A stretch of 38,017 nt of DNA from a virus. The notes under the pieces were generated by a model that was not told the DNA's origin, did not search any database, and saw only the letters and a program-made list of their open reading frames with translations. Both the position numbers and the translations under genes were made by a program. Positions 15,511-21,479 of the stretch are shown in pieces. The DNA lies in the IMG/VR virus record IMGVR_UViG_3300045988_122921; one strand, written 5' to 3'. How positions within the stretch are numbered: the first letter of the stretch is position 1; each line of letters begins with the position of its first letter.

Positions 15511-15534
15511 AAAAAAAGCCAGATTGCTCCGGCT
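15511..15534 (-). terminator. Minus-strand terminator-like hairpin upstream of the sRNA promoter
   Basis: rc reads AGCCGGAGCAATCTGGCT followed by TTTTTTT. It could insulate the sRNA unit from antisense transcripts. Confidence 0.35.
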
Positions 15535-15585
15535 GTGAGAAATATTTTCGACATAGTTATTATACCACAAAAGGAGCGATTCCAC

Positions 15586-16002
15586 TTGATTCAATTGCTA
15601 AAAGAAGTAGATTTTCGACAAACAAAAGCGAATGCCAGAAATGTGTTGAAGAATTTTAGACGTTTAGAGCGAATAGCTGGTCGCTCTTTGATAGATTTAA
15701 AATCACCAATTATTACAGATATGCCTAAAAGCCAAAGTCATGGGAACAAAGCAGAAGATGCGCTAGTACAATTAGCAGATGCAGAAGCAGAAAGAGACGC
15801 AATTTTATCTGGGCTTATGGCATTAAGCCTAACTAGCAGACAAATTTTGCACTATAGTTTCTGTGTGCAGGACCATTACTCTAATTACAAGATTGCTAGA
15901 GAAGTCGGCTATTCCGAAAGAAGTATTCAAAGAATGAAATCAGAAGCTTTGATTGAATTCGCAGAAGCTTACCGCAATGGAAAAATAATTGCCTATAAAT
16001 AA
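15586..16002 (+). CDS. arpU: ArpU-family late-gene transcriptional regulator (RinA/LtrC superfamily, sigma region-4-like C-terminus)
   Basis: LTSRQILHYSF...YKIAREVGYSERSIQRMKSEALIEFAEAY. Start taken at TTG 15586, 9 nt after AAGGAG. It sits immediately upstream of the packaging region, as in related Gram-positive phages. Confidence 0.8.
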   Translation: MIQLLKEVDFRQTKANARNVLKNFRRLERIAGRSLIDLKSPIITDMPKSQSHGNKAEDALVQLADAEAERDAILSGLMALSLTSRQILHYSFCVQDHYSNYKIAREVGYSERSIQRMKSEALIEFAEAYRNGKIIAYK

Positions 16003-16006
16003 AATT

Positions 16007-16062
16007 TTGGCGGTTTTTTGGCGGAAAGTTGGCGGTTTTTATACGAATTTGAGTGCTAATAT
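16007..16062 (+). promoter_or_regulatory. Three TTGGCGG repeats at exact 11-bp phasing, plus an extended -10 TGCTAATAT
   Basis: TTGGCGG at 16007, 16018 and 16029. TGCTAATAT at 16054-16062. Starts 5 nt after the arpU stop. Confidence 0.5.
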
Positions 16063-16067
16063 AGTAA

Positions 16068-16216
16068 CATCGAAAGTCAAAGAAATGGACACATTACACA
16101 ACACTTTCTGGTTTAGTCACCGTTTGATTTGACTTTCGATGGTCACTTGCAGACATACGTTCTCAATAAAATGAAGTGAGGTGAATAACCTCCTCTTTTT
16201 TCTACAAGTTTGCAAG
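16068..16216 (+). ncRNA. Structured promoter-proximal RNA element, unit 1
   Basis: A perfect 14-bp helix (16068-16081 with 16128-16141) encloses the GTTTAGTCAC motif. GAGG-7nt-CCTC hairpin plus T6 at 16178-16201. A 9-bp outer helix (16145-16153 with 16208-16216). Paralogous to unit 2. Confidence 0.5.
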
Positions 16217-16275
16217 GGATATATTTGGCGATTGCTAGCATATGCAAAAAAAGACAGACAGAAAGGAAGATTTAT

Positions 16276-16539
16276 ATGTTATTGCAAATTGATAAGTTTA
16301 ATAAAAAAGAATTAGAAGGTAAAGAAGCAGCGAAACTTTTAGTGGACTATATCGGAGGGGTTTCAGGGACTTCTTGTGATAGTGACGCAGTTAAAGTTTT
16401 TAACAATAGTAACCCGATTGTCATTACATTTGGCAAGGAGCAAACAACTGCAATTAACCTGCCATATTACGAAGATTTTAAAATTGTTGCAGTATGGCTC
16501 TTAAATGATGAAGGTAAAACACTTCGTAAATTAATATAA
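16276..16539 (+). CDS. Hypothetical protein, 87 aa (MLLQIDKFNKKELEGKEAAKLLVDYIGG...)
   Basis: ATG 16276 follows GAAAGGAAG. Protein-like composition. It is the only credible CDS inside the RNA island. Confidence 0.55.
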   Translation: MLLQIDKFNKKELEGKEAAKLLVDYIGGVSGTSCDSDAVKVFNNSNPIVITFGKEQTTAINLPYYEDFKIVAVWLLNDEGKTLRKLI

Positions 16540-16598
16540 AATAAGCAGTGTTCAATTTGCTTCGGCACTGGAATTGGTTGCTTTTAAGTAGCCATTTG

Positions 16599-16668
16599 CT
16601 ACACTTTTTATACCTTTTTTATACACTTTATCTACACTTCATATACCTTCTAAACGGGTTATTATGAT
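16599..16668 (+). promoter_or_regulatory. Five phased (C/A)TAC(A)CTT repeats plus a -10-like TATGAT
   Basis: ACACTT or ACCTT cores begin at 16601, 16613, 16623, 16634 and 16645 (spacing 10-12 bp). TATGAT at 16663-16668 aligns with the unit-1 -10 region. Confidence 0.4.
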
Positions 16669-16674
16669 AGTGTC

Positions 16675-16887
16675 AAAAAAATAAGAAATGCGACACACTT
16701 ACACAAATACATTAACGGAACGATTGCCTACTTATTTTTTTGATTTGAGATTACAAGGAAGTAAAAAAATCTACTTTCTTCGTTTAGTCACTTGTGATCT
16801 CATTTAGATTCTCTCGCAAACCACCAATTATAAAACTAAAGAAGTGAGGTGAATTTCCTCTCTCTTTTTTCTACAGGTTTGCGAGAG
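16675..16887 (+). ncRNA. Structured promoter-proximal RNA element, unit 2
   Basis: Shares AAGAAATG(C)GACACA(Y)TTACACAA, CTTTCT..GTTTAGTCAC, and GAAGTGAGGTGAAT..CCTC..TTTTTTCTACA.GTTTGC with unit 1. Extra nested helices at 16746-16754 with 16794-16802, and 16755-16763 with 16772-16780. A 12-bp outer helix (16811-16822 with 16876-16887). Confidence 0.5.
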
Positions 16888-16896
16888 TTAAGTTTA

Positions 16897-17026
16897 GTCA
16901 CTGTGGCGGAATAGGTAGACGCTCGTACGTGAGATTAGACATTGGAACAACGTATAAGTTCGTATGTAGGGCTTTGGCCCATCGGATAAATCTAATCATG
17001 CAAGGTGCAAATCCTTGCCAGTGACA
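16897..17026 (+). ncRNA. 130-nt tRNA-like RNA: Leu-type D-arm and perfect acceptor and T stems, with the anticodon arm replaced by a ~78-nt structured insert
   Basis: Acceptor GTCACTG/CAGTGAC (7 bp). TG, then GCGG-AATAGGTAG-ACGC as in class II tRNA-Leu. T arm GCAAGG-TGCAAAT-CCTTGC, where G occupies the normally U55 position. Central 7-bp helix GATTAGA/TCTAATC encloses hairpins. No canonical anticodon loop. Confidence 0.5.
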
Positions 17027-17146
17027 TAATCATTTTAGCCGTGAAAGTCTGCGAAAGCTACGTCCTGATGGGAAAACATTCTGACGAGAGTGTGTAAAGG
17101 TTAATTTGATTTATTAGCAATTGCTAGAAGGTAGCTCCTTCTGGTA

Positions 17147-17220
17147 TGGCGTGTAGCTCAATTGGTGAGAGCGGTTGATTTTTAATCAAGTACATGCAGG
17201 TTCGACTCCTGTCCCGCCAA
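17147..17220 (+). tRNA. tRNA-Lys (anticodon UUU), divergent phage copy
   Basis: Cloverleaf TGGCGTG-TA-GCTC-AATTGGTGA-GAGC-G-GTTGA-TTTTTAA-TCAAG-TACAT-GCAGG-TTCGACT-CCTGT-CCCGCCA-A. It has a 6:67 U/C mismatch, a 27:43 G/G mismatch, U32, and no encoded CCA. Confidence 0.75.
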
Positions 17221-17280
17221 TAAGTGGCAAAACCACTTAAATAAATTAGGAAACGTCAATAGATGTTTCTTTCCTTCACG

Positions 17281-17311
17281 AGAGGCATCCGCTTGCGGGA
17301 TGTCTCTTTTT
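17281..17311 (+). terminator. Rho-independent terminator closing the tRNA unit
   Basis: 10-bp stem AGAGGCATCC/GGATGTCTCT (one G-U) followed by TTTTT. Confidence 0.7.
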
Positions 17312-17317
17312 ACATAC

Positions 17318-17417
17318 AAAAAAACCACCAGTGAAATTAATCATGGGTGGTTAGGTAGCTAGTACGATATGAGGAATTTCATGTGCAAGAAATTTTCTAA
17401 GGTATGTTGCTACCCGT
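17318..17417 (-). ncRNA. Candidate ~100-nt sRNA A (minus strand)
   Basis: Extended -10 TGCTATAAT (rc 17424-17432). Body closed by GGUAGC/GCUACC. Then UAACC, a hairpin (17323-17352) and U7. Confidence 0.5.
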
Positions 17418-17465
17418 GAATAAATTATAGCAAATCATTCATTAATTGTCTTGTCAGAAGCACAT

Positions 17466-17575
17466 AAAAAACCGCTAGTGGTGACATACTAGCGGTTAGG
17501 TAGCAAATTATGTGTCTTTTCATTGAATTATGAATTACATAAGGTGTTGATTAAAAATAAAAGGAGTTGCTACCT
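17466..17575 (-). ncRNA. Candidate ~110-nt sRNA B (minus strand), paralogue of A
   Basis: Extended -10 TGTTATAAT (rc 17582-17590). A 9-11-bp closing helix (17496-17506 with 17567-17577). A 9-bp terminator stem ACCGCTAGT/ACTAGCGGT (17471-17496) plus a U-run. Contains a CUCCUUUU tract. Confidence 0.5.
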
Positions 17576-17655
17576 AATAAAATTATAACAAATAAGAATG
17601 AAGAATAAAAGAGATTGCCTTGATGGCTTCTTTTTTTGTTTGGAGGGAATGAAGG

Positions 17656-17880
17656 ATGGATAATTATTGGTACATATCTCTGAACCACCATTATCCGAAA
17701 CCCATGAAAAACCAACATAAACGGGTAGTAATGTCGGTGCAGATTAAGAAAGACTATTCCATCATTGAGATGACACGAGAAGCTACACCACAAGAAATTG
17801 ACTATTGCAAGTTGCTATATTGCGGTCATGGGTGTTGGAATGACAAGCATGTACAAGAGAATATAAGTAAATACAGATGA
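17656..17880 (+). CDS. Hypothetical protein, 74 aa, Cys-rich C-terminus
   Basis: Track ORF with a GGAGGG RBS. First ORF of the late operon. Confidence 0.55.
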   Translation: MDNYWYISLNHHYPKPMKNQHKRVVMSVQIKKDYSIIEMTREATPQEIDYCKLLYCGHGCWNDKHVQENISKYR

Positions 17881-17920
17881 ATTACAAAACGAACACAGAT
17901 GGCGAGGTGGTGTAAAATGT

Positions 17921-18685
17921 ATGTCTAGAGCTAGAAATCCAAATAGAGAAAAGGCAAAACATCTTTGGTTAGAATCTGAAGGAACAAAGAAATTAAAAGA
18001 TATCGCAATTGAATTAGGTGTTACAGATTCCACTATTAGAAAATGGAAATCTCAAGATAAGTGGGACACTACAATGAAACGGAGCGCTCCGATTGAAACG
18101 GAACGTTACGATACGCTTAAAGGCAATAAAAATGCCCAAGGGAATAAAGGCGGTTCGCCCCCTAAGGGGAATAAGAACGCAGTTAAACACGGAATTTTTG
18201 CTAAGTGGATGCCGGAAGAGACAATAGAAATAATGGAGACCGTTTCCCAATCAGAACCGGCAGATATTCTTTGGAATAACATTATGATTCAATATACAGC
18301 CATTATCCGATCACAACAGATTATGTACGTCAATGATGTCGGAGATATCTCAAAAGAGGAGTCGGGTTGGTCATCTGGCGAAAGTGGAAGCAGTTCTACT
18401 ATGCAAGTTCAATACGCGTGGGATAAACAAGCTAACTTTTTAGCCGCCCAATCTCGAGCAATGGGAACACTATCAAATTTAATTAAACAATTTGTAGCTA
18501 TCGCAGACGAAGCCGATGAACGAAGAGCAAAATTAAGCTTGATAACTGCGAAGATGGAAAAAACACAAGCAGAAGCGAAAATACTTACGAATCAGGCCGA
18601 TAAGTTAACTGCTGGAGGCAAAGCGAACGAATTGTTAGAAGCTTTGCTCAACGTTAAATCACGAGGTGTGAACAATGACAATTAA
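17921..18685 (+). CDS. terS: Terminase small subunit
   Basis: N-terminal HTH (KLKDIAIELGVTDSTIRKWKSQDKW), located directly upstream of terL and overlapping it. Confidence 0.85.
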   Translation: MSRARNPNREKAKHLWLESEGTKKLKDIAIELGVTDSTIRKWKSQDKWDTTMKRSAPIETERYDTLKGNKNAQGNKGGSPPKGNKNAVKHGIFAKWMPEETIEIMETVSQSEPADILWNNIMIQYTAIIRSQQIMYVNDVGDISKEESGWSSGESGSSSTMQVQYAWDKQANFLAAQSRAMGTLSNLIKQFVAIADEADERRAKLSLITAKMEKTQAEAKILTNQADKLTAGGKANELLEALLNVKSRGVNNDN

Positions 18686-19964
18686 TTTTAGTGATAAGCA
18701 AGCAGCGAATATTAATTTCAACACAAGCAAAGTGACCTTTGAATTAAACGAAGGTACTCCTCGTAGCGGAAAAACCACCAGTGATATATTTAAAATGGCA
18801 GACTTCTATTTACGCTCACCAGACCAGAACCATCTTGTGACTGCTTATAATCAAGAACAAGCTTTCCGAATGTTTATGGACGGTGACGGTTTAGGCTTAA
18901 TGCATATCTTTGATGGTGTTTCAGATATTCGACATGATGAGCATGGGGACCATTTGCTTTTATATGCACCTAACGGAGAAAAAAAGATTTATTACAAAGG
19001 CGGCGGCAAAATCAATTCGGTTGGTGCTATTACGGGTATGTCGTTAGGCTCAGTTACTTTCTTAGAATTTAACTTGCTGCATAAAGATTTCATTAATGAG
19101 TGCTTTAGACGTACTTTTGCTGCAGAATGGCGCTATCATTTAGGCGAACAGAATCCGCCAGCACCGAATCACCCTAATTTAGAATTGTTAGAACGTTTTG
19201 AGAAATCAGGACGTTTTTTATTTCGTCATTGGACACCAGATGATAATCCAATCTTAAGTGAATCAAGAAAGCAGCAGTTATACGATGAGTTATCAAGTAG
19301 CGAATATCTTTTAGAACGTGACTGGTATGGTCATAGAGTGCTACCACAAGGTGTTATTTACTCGATGTTCGGTAAGAACAACAAGGCAACCGAAATAAAA
19401 GGAAACATCATTGAAACGTTTTTTACTGCTGATGGTGGCCAAGCTGATGCAACTACCTGTGCATTTTGGGTTGTCACCTTCTATGCTGGGAAATTTTATC
19501 TGTATCGTTTAGCAAACTACTATCATAGCGGAACGGATACGGGAGAAACAAAAGCGATGTCAATTTATGCAAAAGAGATTAAACAGTTTGTTGAGTGGTG
19601 TTATACAAAATGGAACCATTTGCCACACTGGAATTATTTCTTTGTCGATCCTGCCTGTAAAACGTTACGTTCTGAGCTTGACTTAATAGGGATTATTACA
19701 GATAAAGCTGATAACAATAGCTCCGATAAAGTTTCAAGTAATGGTTTAAAGATAGAGGTTGGAATAGAACGACTACAAAACACCATGATAAGTGGCCAAT
19801 TTATAGTTTTAGAATGTGGAGAAGAATTTGACCACTATAATTTTGAAAAAGAAATCTCTATGTATGTGAGAAATGATAATGGATTGCCCGTAGATAAATA
19901 TAATCATGCACTTGATGAAGCAAGGTATGGTAATAATTACTTTTATAAAACCTATATCGCCTAG
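18675..19964 (+). CDS. terL: Terminase large subunit (PBSX/XtmB-type, headful)
   Basis: Walker A EGTPRSGKTT, a C-terminal nuclease-type acidic motif (HALDEARYG), and 429 aa. Confidence 0.92.
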   Translation: MTINFSDKQAANINFNTSKVTFELNEGTPRSGKTTSDIFKMADFYLRSPDQNHLVTAYNQEQAFRMFMDGDGLGLMHIFDGVSDIRHDEHGDHLLLYAPNGEKKIYYKGGGKINSVGAITGMSLGSVTFLEFNLLHKDFINECFRRTFAAEWRYHLGEQNPPAPNHPNLELLERFEKSGRFLFRHWTPDDNPILSESRKQQLYDELSSSEYLLERDWYGHRVLPQGVIYSMFGKNNKATEIKGNIIETFFTADGGQADATTCAFWVVTFYAGKFYLYRLANYYHSGTDTGETKAMSIYAKEIKQFVEWCYTKWNHLPHWNYFFVDPACKTLRSELDLIGIITDKADNNSSDKVSSNGLKIEVGIERLQNTMISGQFIVLECGEEFDHYNFEKEISMYVRNDNGLPVDKYNHALDEARYGNNYFYKTYIA

Positions 19965-19979
19965 AAAAGAGGTGTTTAC

Positions 19980-21479
19980 ATGTTTGACAAATTAAAAGCG
20001 ATGTTCAGGATTGGAGGTGCAAAAATAGGTATGGTAGAAACACTTAATAGAATTACAGATCATCCAAAAATCGGAGTAAATACTGCTGAAATCGATAGAA
20101 TAATAGACAACAAACGCATATATAAAAATAAGTTTCCTGATGTGAGCTACGTTAATAGTGATGGTATGCGTATGCACAGGGCTTTTCATTCATTAAATGT
20201 ATCAAAAGTAGTTTCTCGCAAATTAGCTAAGCTAGTCTTTAATGACGGGTGTGCGATAAGCATTGATAATGATGAAGCGGACCAGTTTTTACAATCAGTT
20301 TTTAACGATAATAAGTTTCGTAAGAACTTTGGTGAAGAGCTGGAAGCAGGATATGCAATAGGAGGGCTTGTCCTACGTCCCTATGTAGATACAAAGACAA
20401 ACAAAATAAAAATATCCTTTTGCCGAGCTGATACTTTTTACCCTTTACAGTCCAACACTAATGATATATCTGAAGCAGCTATTGCTACGATTACACAACA
20501 GAATGAAGGTAAGAAAAATGTTTATTACACACTTTTAGAATTTCATGAGTGGGAAAATAGCACTTACTATATCAGAAACGAATTGTATCGTTCAGAAGAA
20601 CAATCTCAAACAGGTGTTAGGGTACCATTACCGACATTAGACAAGTACAAGGAACTAAAAGAGGAGACTGCTTTAGTCGGATTTACTCGACCATTATTTG
20701 TCTATATAAAACTAGCTGGAAAAAACAACATAGATATCGATAGTCCATTGAGTTTAGGTATTATTGACAACGCGAAGCGCCAATTGATTGATATTAACGA
20801 AAAATACGATGAATTTATGAATGAAGTTGAAGAAGCGAGAAGAAAAATATTAGCTTCAGATCATTTCTTCAAAGTTAGATATGATGAAAAAGGGAATCCT
20901 ATAAAACGATTTGACAGTAAGACATCTGTATATCAACGGTTGAAATCAGACGATCCTTTTATTAGTGAATTTGTTCCTACGTTACGGTCACAGGAATTTA
21001 TTGAGACAATCAATTTTATTTTACGAATTGTTGAATTACAAACCGGTTTTTCAAGTGGAACATTTAGCTTTGATGGACAATCAGTCAAAACAGCTACGGA
21101 AATCATCAGCGAAAATTCTGAGACTTTTTCTACCCGTTCAGATAATGTCTTAATTGTGGAAGAAGCATTAAAAGAATTAATTACAACTATATTCGAATTG
21201 GCCGCAGCATTTAATCTATTCAAATATTCAAAAGAACTAGGCATTAATATAGATTTTGATGACGGTGTTTTTCAATCTCAAGATGCCAAAGCTGATTATT
21301 ACTCTAAATTAGTTACAGCTGGTCTTTCATCAAAACTAAGCGCTATTCAGAAATTAACGGGTGTGACTGAAAAAGAGGCCAAAAAAATAGTTTACGAGAT
21401 TAGAGCAGAAACGTTAGAAATGGACTACCCAGAACAAGAAAGAATATCGGCGGAAAATGAACTAGGAGATGAGGAATAA
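19980..21479 (+). CDS. Portal protein (SPP1 Gp6-like)
   Basis: 499 aa, positioned after terL and before the Mu F/gp7-like protein. Confidence 0.88.
   Translation: MFDKLKAMFRIGGAKIGMVETLNRITDHPKIGVNTAEIDRIIDNKRIYKNKFPDVSYVNSDGMRMHRAFHSLNVSKVVSRKLAKLVFNDGCAISIDNDEADQFLQSVFNDNKFRKNFGEELEAGYAIGGLVLRPYVDTKTNKIKISFCRADTFYPLQSNTNDISEAAIATITQQNEGKKNVYYTLLEFHEWENSTYYIRNELYRSEEQSQTGVRVPLPTLDKYKELKEETALVGFTRPLFVYIKLAGKNNIDIDSPLSLGIIDNAKRQLIDINEKYDEFMNEVEEARRKILASDHFFKVRYDEKGNPIKRFDSKTSVYQRLKSDDPFISEFVPTLRSQEFIETINFILRIVELQTGFSSGTFSFDGQSVKTATEIISENSETFSTRSDNVLIVEEALKELITTIFELAAAFNLFKYSKELGINIDFDDGVFQSQDAKADYYSKLVTAGLSSKLSAIQKLTGVTEKEAKKIVYEIRAETLEMDYPEQERISAENELGDEE

Noticed and set aside
16085-16800. 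Short peptides in the paralogous RNA units (MDTLHNTFWFSHRLI in unit 1; a 39-aa peptide in unit 2)
   Set aside because: The conserved nucleotide blocks fall in different reading frames in the two units, and the RBSs are weak. Conservation is therefore not at the protein level.
16145-16887. Inverted repeats flanking ~54-bp segments (16145-16216 and 16811-16887), considered as invertible promoter switches for the second tyrosine recombinase
   Set aside because: A 54-bp spacer is far too short for recombinase-mediated inversion. The compensatory changes fit an RNA helix better.
17060-17095. Hammerhead-like strings CUGAUGG...GAAAA...CUGACGAG
   Set aside because: The core elements are not arranged as CUGANGA, stem II, GAAA, stem III. 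No convincing stems could be drawn on either strand.
17425-17523. 32-aa Fst-like peptide (MKRHIICYLTASMSPLAVFYVLLTRQLMNDLL) readable on the minus strand across sRNA B; considered as a type I toxin
   Set aside because: It has no RBS. The frame runs through the sRNA B terminator into the sRNA A promoter. No equivalent ORF exists in the paralogous unit A.
17551-17793. 80-aa minus-strand ORF overlapping the 74-aa plus ORF and the sRNA B promoter
   Set aside because: It has no RBS and a hydrophobic, low-complexity translation. It overlaps better-supported features on both strands.
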